Notes under the pieces: generated by a model
The model's input: only the letters and a program-made list of their open reading frames with translations
Database searches by the model: none
What the model was told of the DNA's origin: nothing
Program-made: the position numbers and the translations under genes
Assembly: GCF_018350175.1 (NCBI RefSeq)
Contig: NC_058368.1
Location: 184,142,001-184,206,000, forward strand
DNA length: 64,000 nt
Origin: Felis catus
Lineage: Eukaryota
Reading direction: 5' to 3'
Part shown: positions 52,500 through 64,000 of the stretch, in pieces
Layout: every line of letters begins with the position of its first letter
Position numbering within the stretch: position 1 is the first letter of the stretch

Positions 52500-54170
52500 T
52501 CACTGTAAATGCAAGAAAACTGGAAAACCTGAACATCTTCTTTTAGACATGAGCCAACCAGTATATGGTATCCAAAAGAAACAAAGGTGAGCCCTACAAT
52601 TGCCTTAGATTTCTATCTTTTAGAACTTTCCAGATGGTGGCCCAGAGATGGTAATTCAAGCTAGAAGACAGTGATCCCACTGGTTGAGGAGATAGTGTTT
52701 GGACTTAAAGGGGAAAAAAAGCAGGTGTGATTAGGAAGGCAGAGTACTGAAGAGCAGAGAGCTATACAGAAAAAAAATCTCGGAGTAGAATTCCCTTGAA
52801 TCAGTTACTGAACACAACCTGTGACTATGTAGAGTGAATCTCTATGATGGCAGGAAACTGAGACAGGAATAATTTCTAGAGGTCACACTGGGCCAGGAGA
52901 TATGACATCTATAATGAGTCAGAGTTGAGAGGCCTCACTGAAAAACTGGAGCATTGATAGAAATCCCATTAAGATAATGACTCAACAGTATTTTTTTTAA
53001 AGCTCTAGAGTAGTGGTTACTCTACTTTTTCCCTATGAATGTGTAAAAAGAAAGAGAAACAGGAAGGAAGGGGAAGAAGGAAAGGAAGGCAGGAAGGCAG
53101 GAAGGAAGGACAGAAGGAAAGAAGTAAGAAGGCAAAAAGCCTTAATGGGACAAAGCTGATTGTCAAGTTATTTCAATATTTCTGCAAGTCTCGTTAGGCA
53201 ACTCTCATTAGGCAACAAAATTCAGACACTCAATAGTGTAACCTTCAAAATGTCCAGTGTCCATTCAGAAATGGTTGTTTATGAGGCCAGAATCAGGTTT
53301 CTAAAACCAGGCAAAAAGAAAAGAAATTTAAGGTAAATACCCTCCATGAGCAGAAATACAAAGGATCCTAAGTATTAACAAGTTGAATACAGCAATATAG
53401 AAACAATAATACATCATGTCCAATTAAGGTTCAACTCAGGAATACAAGGCTGGCTTAACATTTGAAAATCAAGAGTAATGCTTTCCCTGTAAGACTGGAA
53501 AAAAACGACAACATCTATTCTCACTATTTCCATTCAAAATTATTCTGGAGTTTTTTAGCATGTTCAATGAGGCAATTAAAAATAGGTATACAAATTTGAA
53601 AGGGAATAGTGTATTTGTATTTATTCCAATAGGATGATTAAATACTTATATAATCATGAGGATTCTAGAACAAAAATATATATTTAGTAAAAGTCTTATA
53701 CATGAATATATGGGCAGCTTTATTCACATCAAAAAATGGAAACAACTCCAATACACATGAACAAGTAGTATATAAATAATCAAAGATATATTTATTAAAT
53801 GGACTACTTCTCAGTAATACAAAACAGAAACAGGTTACTGATATACTAAACAACATGAATGAGCATCAAGCTGAGTGAAAGAAGTCAGATAGAGAGTCCA
53901 CAGTATATGGTTCTATCTATGTAGAATGGCATAAGAGTGAAAAACAATCTATAGTGCAGGAATCAGATCCATGTCTGTTTCAGTCTGAAGGTGGTAGTGA
54001 GATTAACGGTAAAAAGGGAGAATATTTTGAAGTAATGGAAATGTTGTATACCTTTATTTTTGTTGTGTTTACTTGACTGTTTATATTTGTAAAAACTCAT
54101 TGAACTAGAAAACAAAAATGGGTATATTTTATTGTAGTTAAATTATACAGTTGTAAATTATATTAAATTA
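52500..54170 (+). mobile_element. Fragmented old L1 (L1MD/ME-like)
   Basis: ORF2 remnants (CAGGAATACAAGGCTGGCTTAACATTTGAAAATCAA) and a 3' end (GCTGAGTGAAAGAAGTCAGA...AAAACTCATTGAACT). Confidence 0.6.
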
Positions 54171-55241
54171 CACAAAAAGTATAAATATGGATAACAAAGA
54201 ACATGTAAAATAATACACAGGTAGTTTATTTGGGTTATGTTTGATTTTCTTTTTTGTGCCGTTGGATTTAATGATAAGACTTAAGTTTTTTATTTTATGA
54301 AAAGACTTGCTTCTTGGGAAATGAGCACAGCAAAGTTTATATGATACTATCAGAATAATTTCTGAAAAAAGTGAAAAGAATACACTTTCTTTTAGATTTA
54401 GACAATTTTCTAACAGAGAGCCATCCTAACTTTAGTAACATTTCTCATGGAAACACACTTGATTTATCTCTTTCCCTCATCTTCTGTCTTATCTATTATC
54501 CAAATATTTTGAAAACTGTCAGCTTCTTCCCACACTTATCTTCTGTAAATGTTAGAACCTCCTGATTCTTTCCCCTGTCTCCAGCCTTGTCAGATCTCGA
54601 CCCCTTTCGCTATACTGGACTCACAATGACCTCTCTGAATCAGACAGCCAAGAACCTGGCTTAAAATTATTCCCGGGTCACCATTCTAAGGGTCAAGTGC
54701 AAGTTTCATATCAAAGTTTTATAAGATCCTTCATGATCTTGAGCAAAGTTGGATCTACCTAATGGACCTCTTCTCTCACTATTCTTTATCTAACTTCCTG
54801 CACATTCTATTGCCATCCTAATTCCAACCTCTCAAATACCTCAACTTAAATTTTAATATATGCTTTATCCAGATTCAACTTTTAACACCCATTGTGGGAC
54901 ATGTTCTTTCTTCCCTTTGGGTTAGATTTTTAATACTGTTCATTATTGCTTACCATGTGCTATTTCTCCTTCTGAATCACTTTTATTTTTTTCCTCATTC
55001 TTTCTTTCTGCTGGCTAACTCCTTTTCAGCATGAAAGATTCATCCCAACAATGTCCTTCTCTTTGAAGGCTGCCTTGAGAAGATGGTATTTGAGGTTCCT
55101 TTCATGGAATTTTGTACATTATTAATATAGCATTCAGTTCACTGAATTTTGATTGCTTTTGTTCCCCTACCTACTATTTTGGAGAAACTGCTGAAATCAG
55201 AATGACTCTGCTTTTGACTTAGGACTAATTATAGGTTATTT

Positions 55242-57086
55242 TTTAATTGAAGTATAGTTAGTTACAAATAGTATTATATCAGTTTTAGGTGTTTGTACAT
55301 GGTGATCCAATATTTGTATATATTGTGAAATGATCACAATAAGTCTAGCCAACACCTAACACCAGACACAGATATAATTTTTTGCTTTTGTTTTTGTTTT
55401 GTTTTATGATGAGAACTTTTTTCTTAATTTTATTTTTTATTTTTTAAAATTTACATCCAAATTAGTTGGCATATAGTGCAACAATGATTTCAGGAGTAGA
55501 TTCCTTAGTTCCCCTTACCCATTTAGCCCATCCCCCCTCCCACAACCCCTCTAGTAACCCTCAGTTTGTTCTCCATATTTATGAGTCTCTTCTATTTTGT
55601 CCCCTCCCGTATTTTTATATTTTTTTTGTTTCCCTTCTCTTATGTTCATGTTTTGTCTCTTAAAGTCCTCATATGAGTAAAGTCATATGATTTTTATCTT
55701 TCTCTGACTAATTTCACTTAGCATAATACCCTCCAGTTCCATCCACGTAGTTGCAAATGGCAAGATTTTATTCTTTCTGATTGCCAAGTAATACCCTATT
55801 GAATATATATACCACATCTTCTTTATCCATTCATCCATCGATGGACATATGAGCTCTTTCCATACTTTGGCTATTGTTGATAGTGCTGATGTAAACATGG
55901 GGGTGCATGTAACCCTTTGAAACAGCACACCTGTATCCCGTGGATAAATGCCTAGTAGTGCAATTTCTGGGTCGTAGGGTAGTTCTATTTTTAGTTTTTT
56001 GAGGAACCTCCATACTGTTTTCCAGAGTGGCTGCACTAGCTTGCATTCCCAGAGAACTTTTAAGATATATTCTGGCTGAAACTTCTGGATGTGCAATCAG
56101 TCCTCTCTCACAGAAAGACTGGGGCTGTGTTTCAGTCAACCCTCTGTGCAGTGTCCTAGGGATGGCAGACTGCAAGAACTCTCTCTGATTGCTATAGTCC
56201 TATGGTACCTAGGAATACAAGCCCCTCTGGCCACTGGAGCCAGGCAATCAAGAGACATCCCCTGGGCAGCAACCACAAACACCAGGCCCCCAGAAGTAAA
56301 ACCCAGGACCCTAGTCATGTGTAAGTGTTCTCTGGGAGATACTAGCACTTTGGAGTGAGGCAGAGGGGAAAGCATGAAGATGGTGTCCACCAACATGACC
56401 AATGCCGAAAGAAAAACATAGAGATAGAGCCTGCCTTCGTGAATGAAAAAAGAAGGAAAAAAAGAAAGGATAAAACCCCCAAAACTTTGAGGCTAAAGAA
56501 AAAACATGATTGTGCCCTTCAGATGAAGCAAGACTGAAGGAAACTGCAAAGAAGTCCCCTGCCAGTCTCCATCCCCAGAAAACACCCCAGCAGGCCCCAA
56601 AAGTCTGTCAAATCAGGTGCTTGCTCCACAACCAGATGCTACAAGACAAGGAAATGGACCCGTATGCCACAAAGTCTGGGAGTCCCTCTATCAGCTGCTT
56701 CCACACTGGGCCCAGAGGCAGTGAGTCTGAGCGTGAGCTCTTATCTGAGATTGCTATAGCCTTGTGCATATCCTAGGTTGTTGGGGTTCATCTCTCAGAA
56801 GCACGTCTTAAAAGGTAAGAATGCCCGAAGTGGTCTCTCTGGGGTTTTGAGTTCCCTCCTAACTACGGGTGTGATATAGGGGTGTGATATAGGGTGATAT
56901 TGCATCCCAGTCTCTCCTACCTACTTTCATGTGGATCTTCTCTCCTTTCCTCATGTGTAGGAGTCTCTTGGAAACTTTTTAAAGTTTTTTCAAAGGAAGG
57001 TGTTCCAAATGCAGCTGTAGAATCAGTGTCTTTGTGGGAGGAGGGGAGTTTGGTGTCCTCTTACGTCGCCATCTTGAGCCCACCTC
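55242..57086 (-). mobile_element. L1 (L1MA8/9-like tail) consisting only of ~1 kb 5' UTR (56072-57086) joined to ~190 bp of 3' end; split by a younger L1
   Basis: 5' terminus carries the YY1-type CAAGATGGCG (plus strand CGCCATCTTG, 57067-57076). 3' end is TTAATTGAAGTATAGTT...GTGAAATGATCACAATAAGTCTAG...GAGAACTTTTAAGAT. Confidence 0.7.
55421..56051 (-). mobile_element. Felid L1 (L1_Fc-like) 3' fragment: ORF2 C-terminus plus 3' UTR
   Basis: Open frame WECKLVQPLWKTVWRFLKKLKIELPYDP...FATTWMELEGIMLSEISQ. Perfect 10-bp TSD GAGAACTTTT (55411-55420 / 56052-56061). Confidence 0.95.
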
Positions 57087-57357
57087 TACAGTTCTTTATA
57101 AAGAGTAATGAGATGAAATTCTGAATCAGGAAGAGATAGAAGCTTGTCAAAGGGTATTCTACTATTTATTTACTTATTATATACTATGAGTAATAGCAGG
57201 AAGTATTTAAGTCACATATCATTAGTTTTAGCCCTTTACCAGTGAGAATTTTTTAAATACAAGCAATTTTAGGCTCAATAGCCCTCAGCAATTTTTTTTT
57301 TTTTTTTTTAAGGTTTGAGTGACACAGAAGGATGACTAGGTGAGTAAATCAAAAGAA

Positions 57358-57575
57358 GGTGGCTCAGTCGGTTAAGCCTCTGACTTCTGCTCAGGTCATG
57401 ATCCCATGGTTAGGGGGTTGGAGCTTCACATCGGGCTCTGTACTGATGGTTCAGAGCCTGGAGCCAGCTTCGGATTGTGTCTCCTTCTCTCTCTACCCCT
57501 CCCCTGATTTCTCTCTCTCTCTCTCTCTAAAAAATAAATAAACATTTTTTTTTAATTTAGAAAAAATTTTTTTAA
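57358..57575 (+). mobile_element. Can-SINE, slightly 5'-truncated
   Basis: GGTGGCTCAGTCGGTTAAG body, CT tract and tail. Confidence 0.93.
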
Positions 57576-58491
57576 AAACAAGTTGGAGAAATTCTCAGCT
57601 GTTTCAATACCTTCCGTGGGGCAGAATGACTAGGAGTGGTAAAATCTGGTAAAGATCCCATTAACGCTTTTGAGGCAGGTTTAAGGAATAGAGGGCATTT
57701 AAACATTAAAACAGAGGAATAGTTTTTATGTTAAAGGAGTTTTAGTGCGAACATTGGTACATTACATTGTTAGATCTCTTACAGTATTTGTTTACTTTTG
57801 TTGTTTTGTAGTGTTTGAGCACAGAAATTACTGTGATTAACTTAATAACTAACAATGACACTTTGTATTTTTCATCTTTACTTTTGGGTGGGGTGGAAAT
57901 ACAGTGATTTTTTGCCTGCCAGTTTTTGGCAAGCATTTTCTGTCCCTTAAAGAGGAATTTGACCAAATATCATCCCTGCATCTCTACTTCCAAGACTATG
58001 AGCTCCTTGAAGACATAAACTGTGTCTGCAATTCTTTTGCCAACATCATAGCACAGAGCTTACATAAGGTAAATGGAAGCCCTTGTAGTAGAAGAATGTA
58101 TAACATAAGATTGAATAAGATAGTGGAGATGAAAAGGGCAAGGGCTTAAGCTGAAGTTGTGCTTTTAGCAATTTGTAATACTCATTGCTAATTAAATAAG
58201 CTCTACTTTGATTTTTTGAAACAATCAAGTAGGAAATGTGACTAATAGAAGCTAGTATTGGAACTGGATGTGCCCAGGGTGTTTTCTATTTCTAGGCTAG
58301 TTTGGATCATCTGAATTCTGAACAATATCTGGTACATGGCCCAGCATTCTGAATATTTTTGCATATTCATTAGTTCAATAAATAATTATAAGTTAGCTAT
58401 ATACTTAGGAAGTCTTCTGGGTGCTGACAGTAGGGCAGCAAAATATGTGGAATTTATATTCTAAAGCTTACATGATGCTGATTTCCTTTTT

Positions 58492-58687
58492 TTTTTTTTA
58501 AGTTTATTTTGAGAGAGAGAGAGAGAGAGAGCATGTGTGAGCAGGGGAGAGACAGAGGAGAGAGGATCCCAAGCAGGCTCCCCACTGTCAGCACACAGCC
58601 CAGTATGGGGCTTGAACTCATGAACTTTGAGATCATGACCTGAGCTGAAATCAGGAAGTTTAATTGACTGAGCCACTCAGGTGCCCC
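58492..58687 (-). mobile_element. Can-SINE
   Basis: TSD TGATTTCCTTTTT (58479-58491 / 58688-58700). Confidence 0.96.
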
Positions 58688-60529
58688 TGATTTCCTTTTT
58701 AAATGCTTATACCAGGTAATGAATTGTAATTTTAAATTTAACTAGTAGTGATAGGATATATTTATTCTTCTTCTTGGATTTTCTTGTCTTTGGAAAGTGC
58801 TATATTTTGAGCAAACTGCTTCCTAGGGTATGAGTATAGTGATCTGTAATATCTATGTACTTGCTCTGCTTTTGTTCCCCTGGATGAAAGGTAACCCTGT
58901 TGATACTGAATATATATTTCCTGAAACACGTATTGTGCAAGTTCTTTTAGTTAATGGTAGAATTAAAAATAGACTGTGAGGCAACAAAATCAAGCTCCTT
59001 AGACCTGGCCAGACCTGGCCTGGTGTGTGAAATCTTGTGACCAGAGCAAAGGAACGTGCGCTGAGAGATTTTGCATCTGATTATGCTCAAGTAGCTGTTT
59101 CTTTTCCATTCGGGATTTTCATCTCTAGCACCTATAATGTTTATGTGTGTGTAGCCTCTTTTGGGCCATCTGTAGTTCACTTACAATACTGCAAATAGGC
59201 AACTTGCTTTAACTGTTTTTGTTTCTTCAGGGCGAGTTTATTTTTTTTACTTCCTTTTAGTCAACCCATTTTTACTCCCCATTTATAATATGCATAATGA
59301 AGGGTTGGGATCACTGTATTTCATAAGGAAGTCCTAGGCAATGAGAATGAGAGTAGGGGTGTTTGTATTTACTGCTAATCCTGAATTTCATGTTTAGTGA
59401 ATGGATAAAAGGAATACGGAAAATGTGTTAGTGAATCTGGCTTGATTTTGGTTGGGGTTCCTCTGTTGTGCCATCTGACGTTAAAGGTATCTATCTTCAC
59501 ATGAACACTTATCCTCTGTTCTTTATCATCACTCGTGCCCAATTAGGAAAAAAAAGAAATCCAGAGCAAGTGTCTGCCAATCCAGTTTTCAAGTTCATCC
59601 CTCTTGTAGCAGTGAGCAGGACTCTTCCTGTCAATCACCTTTTGTAACCTGAAGAAAAGAGAAAGTTACTGACTGACACCAAGGAGAATTTCTTTACATT
59701 CCATTCTCAGTATCCACGGGGCTCTGGGATTTGAGACTATCAAATTAGTGTCAATTTGAGGCATTTCTGAGAGAAGGAGAAAAAAAATTAGAGATTACCT
59801 GAATTCATCTTCCATGTGACCCATTGCTAACATCCAATCTTGGTGGCTGTCAGTCACAGAGCAGGGCATTATATTTCAATGACTGAGTATCTCTTTAATT
59901 ACAGAAATGAATAATCCAGTTCTCCCAGCTCTCTTCTTAAAGGCTGCATCCCATGAAAAGAAAGGTTTGAGCTTGAAGGGTCAACACAAACAGAATTTGC
60001 AGCAATTTCTATTACTAGCTTCTTTTCCTACTTTCTGAACACAGTATTTCCTCACTGACAGAGGAAATGAATAAAGTCTGGAAACACTTTTGCTAAGCTT
60101 CAGTGGCATTTAACAGCATTCCCTTCACTTTTTCAGGCTCTGTGATTGTGAACAGCATCAGAAACTGATGATCTTTTCTTTAAAGATGTATATCATTTTT
60201 AAAAATCTTCCCAAACTATAAAATTGAGAACATTTCAGGTTTTGAGTTATTATAGAAGTAGCACACATTGTTACAATGCTCACTTTGAATCAAAGAAGTG
60301 TTTTTTTTAACCTTTTTGCTGATCATTTCTAAAATTATTTTGTGGTAATTTTGGGTAGACATATTCTCGGGATATTTAGATTCAAGGAATTGATCTCTAG
60401 ACTTTGTGTATGTCAGTTTCTCCCTGGTAAGTATAAAGTGCTTAACCCAGGATTTTGCATTTAACAATTACTTAATATTAGTACTCATTACTGTTATTGT
60501 CATGGTGACTTTTCTGCCATTACAGCCTT

Positions 60530-61038
60530 GCATCAGTCAGTAATATATTGAGCACTTACTACAAACAGCATTGTGGAGAATAAAAAGGTCACTCATGCTC
60601 AGATACTAAATTTGCTTAAAGAAAGAAATGGCTAGTAATGGAAATAAGTACAATGAAAAATAATAAGTACAAAGAAAAATAAAAAGTAAAAAGTAAACAA
60701 AGTTCTTTGGTTGTTTAGAAGCATGAGAAATAAATACCTCCAGATGAAGTCAGGAAAGCTTTCTGGTCAAAGTGGCATTTATGCTGGCCTTTAGAGAGTA
60801 GGTACAATTCAGACATGTAAAAAGCCAGGAATGGCTATTTTGAGAAGGGAGAACAGTGATACCGTGATAAAAATAAGACTTGCATATTGTATTAAAAGGA
60901 CAGAGTGATAAGTGTTTGCCAACGGAAGTTAGGCACGTGCCATGGAAAGCTTTGGGTGTCTGGGTAAGAAGTTGGTGTGTTTTTGTAACTAAATAGAATC
61001 CACAAATGGTTTGGGACAGGGAAGCAATGTGATTAGAA
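60530..61038 (-). mobile_element. L2 LINE relic
   Basis: ATATTGAGCACTTACTA...AGTCAGGAAAGCTTTCTGG...GCAATGTGATTAGA, a degenerate L2 3' pattern. Confidence 0.5.
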
Positions 61039-61051
61039 AGAAATGTTTTAA

Positions 61052-61214
61052 ACGTTTATTTATTTATTTTGAGAGAGGGAGGAGAGAGAGAATCCCAAGC
61101 AGGCTCCACTGTGAGTGTGGAACCTGATGTGGGTCTCAATCCCACAAACTGTGAGATTATGACCTGAGCTGAAATCAAGAGTTGGATGCTTAACTGAGCC
61201 ACCCAGGTACCCCT
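61052..61214 (-). mobile_element. Older Can-SINE
   Basis: TSD AGAAATGTTTTAA (61039-61051) / AGAAATATTTTAA (61215-61227). Confidence 0.94.
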
Positions 61215-63444
61215 AGAAATATTTTAAGAAGCTTATTTTAATTGTTATCCTTATGCTTTTAAAGGTTGCAGTTTGTTATCAGCTTTCAAGTGTATTTTAT
61301 ATTTTTATAAAATTTATATTTATATTTTAAATAATATATATTACTAAGTTATATATAATTATATACTTTTATAATTACAATAGAAATATATATATGTGTA
61401 TATATTTCATGTTTGCAAGTATGGAGAAGGTTAAAGAAATACTCAAGAAACACCTTCCAATAATAGCAAAAGAATGGCTTCTTATACAGCTCAAATTTTT
61501 ATTTATATAAAAATACATATAAATGTATATATCAGTATGCATATATATTTATATTTATATTTTCATACTTTGTCATCTCAAGTATTCAGGGTATTTTGGC
61601 TATGAGGGATTAAGAACATTTAAGCAATATATATAGGGAGAAACATCTTCAAAATATACACCAATAACAAATATTTCAATTTAGCTATCTTAGTTTAAAA
61701 ATCTCATGAACTTTAATCTTCTGGAAAATGTAATAGAAATTTAGTAAATATCATTGTGAGAATTTTTAGGTTGTATTAAAGCAAAAAGAAACCAAATCAA
61801 GTATTAGACTGAAGGAAATCCTTGTTTTCACTGAAAAGCTGAAATCTCATTTACACCTTATTCAATTATCTAAATCATATCCTTTAAGGATGAGTAACCC
61901 CATTTTGAATGTCAGCAAATGTAATTGAGAGGTGGAAGGGATACTGATTCTATGGGCCATAGACCACTTTACTCTGCACCCTTTCCTAACACTAAAATCC
62001 AGGATATTCGATGTCTAATCAATATTGTTATTACATAACAATGACGGCTCTTTTTGGTTAGCAGAACATTTTGCATACTAAGAAACACATGCTTTCCTGA
62101 CGAATCAAGACCTTTTTGGCTTTAAATGATGGATTAATATCTGTAGATAATTTTAGGCTGTTGATTGCTACCAACAGAGACAGGTGAATTTTAAAAAGGC
62201 ACACTTCTAAGGTGATTGACCAAATCGGGTGAGGACCAAAGAGGGTTTGTTTATGTCTTAGCCTCTTTATTTTATTATGGATAGTATCATCTTCCTCAGG
62301 CAAATAATTATTGCAAAGTAAATATTTCATATACAAATAACCCTTAAACTTGGCACCTTATGTACTGAGAGAAATATGGAAGAAATGTATCACAAACAGT
62401 ATTTTATTATATTTTAGGAAATTCCTCTGCTGATTTGGGTAAAGTCTGGAGTATAAATGCATATCCCTAAAAAAAAGGTTCATTCTCTTTAATTACAGGC
62501 ATTTTGGATTTCTGTCTGTACTGTGTGGTTTTTATTCCGTTAAATGCTGAGATGATAATGTGTAAAGCTCCCAGATTTTGGAAGGATTAGGCAGGGATTG
62601 TCAATTCAAGCAGAGAATTTGATCTAAATTCTAAAAGATTAAAAAGTTTAAAACTGACAGGAAGGCTAATGATTTCATTATGATATGGTTATTGTCTAGC
62701 ATGGAAGATATATCTTTTATAGATTATAAAAATATTCCAAAGAAACATCATTAAGATAGTTAGAAGAAAATAGCTCCTTCACCATTTACTTTATATAAAA
62801 AGAAAACAAAGAAAAAAGAAATCATGTTTTGATAAATATTTTCTGCACTTTCTATGACATTATTTTATGAAACTTAGACCTTATAAGATAAAAACTTCTA
62901 AGAAAATTTTAGAACTCTGCTAACAAGTTTAATTGTATGTAAGTAAATTATAGCACATTAATTACTACCTGTATATTAATTTTTGAGAGCTAGTCAAAGT
63001 TCTTTAAAAAGGCAAAAATAAAGCCTTAATTCTTCCCACATTATAAACAGGAGTAGAAAAATAATTCAGTACAATTCTTGTTTCTAGTTTAGCTGAAGGA
63101 CAAAATCTCAACATTATTCAATTAAGAGATGAAATTAACCTAACAAGTAACAGCAGTGGACTACAGATACTTTTGGTTTCTATTTTATACAGAAATAGAT
63201 ATGAACAAGCTAGGATTTGAGTAGCTCCCCAAAAGCTCCATATCTCCCAAAATACTTCACCTTAACCTGACAGTCTGAAGCTCCATTCTGTGAGACTGGC
63301 TTTCTCTGCCTCTTTTCTTAACACATTTTTTTGTATTAAAACCACAATGTAACTTACAAAAGAGTCACATTAAATGAATATGTTATGACCATATTAACAG
63401 GATTTGAGGTAAAGAAGATTTTTATTAAAGGTAAAAAAGATGGA

Positions 63445-63597
63445 GGGGCACCTGGGTGGCTCATTGGGTTGGGCGTATGACTGGCCCAGTTCACGATCTT
63501 ACAATTCGTGAGTCTGAGCCCCGCATCGAGCTCTGTGCTGACAGCTTGCAGCCTGGAGCCTGCTTGGATTCTGCATCTCCTTCTCTCTCTCTCCTCT

Positions 63598-63649
<52 letters not shown>

Positions 63650-63694
63650 ATCTCTCCCATAAATAAACATTTTTAAAAAGTAAAAAAAAAAAAA
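63445..63694 (+). mobile_element. Can-SINE with expanded (CT)n
   Basis: TSD AAGGTAAAAAAGATGGA (63428-63444) / AAAGTAAAAAAGATAGA (63695-63711). Confidence 0.95.
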
Positions 63695-63966
63695 AAAGTA
63701 AAAAAGATAGAATGATTATGGACCCTGCCAGTGAAATCAGGACTATGTCACAGGCTATACTGAATATAAGAGAGGAATCAAGGAAACCATGTGGCTAGAC
63801 ACTGTTCATTGTGTCATTAGACATAATAAACCCAAATGTCTTCAGAAGCTGTTAAAATAATAATGTGTGACTTACTGGGTTATATGACAATAGGGCATAG
63901 TTGTGTGATAATGGAACATGAATACCTTCCCAACCTCAAAGCATTAAAAACCTTTATTGGGGGGGT

Positions 63967-64000
63967 GGGGTGTCTGGGTGGCTCAGTCAGTTAAGCGTCT
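63967..64000 (+). mobile_element. Start of a Can-SINE cut by the window edge
   Basis: GGGGTGTCTGGGTGGCTCAGTCAGTTAAGCGTCT. Confidence 0.9.

Noticed and set aside
55683..56096. 137-aa ORF, the longest in the window, downstream of an L1 promoter
   Set aside because: It is the L1 ORF2 C-terminus of a truncated copy plus a few flank codons, and it starts at TTG rather than ATG. Not a host gene.

Overview
AT-rich, CpG-depleted mammalian genomic DNA. It is almost certainly from a cat (Felidae), because it carries about 20 tRNA-derived carnivore SINEs (Can-SINEs), several of the young felid SINEC_Fc type, plus carnivore/felid L1s. No intact protein-coding gene, rRNA, tRNA or CRISPR array is present. 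The supplied ORFs are chance frames in repeats or microsatellites, or decayed L1 ORF2 remnants. The best functional candidate is a minus-strand promoter and non-coding first exon (about 12028-12700, strong CAG|GTAAGA donor) inside a roughly 7 kb transposon-poor zone; I cannot name the gene. Positions ~13.5-58 kb are dense in nested LINE/SINE/LTR elements whose insertion order can be read from target-site duplications (TSDs). The most unusual observations are: an L1 whose 5' UTR is joined directly to its 3' tail (possible spliced or internally deleted retrocopy); a ~110 bp templated copy of local sequence inside an old L1; several palindromic template-switch scars; and a clean 150-nt GT-AG intron that joins a 46-aa small ORF on the minus strand. 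I found no convincing new biological system. Repeat subfamily names come from recalled consensus similarity and need RepeatMasker/Dfam confirmation.
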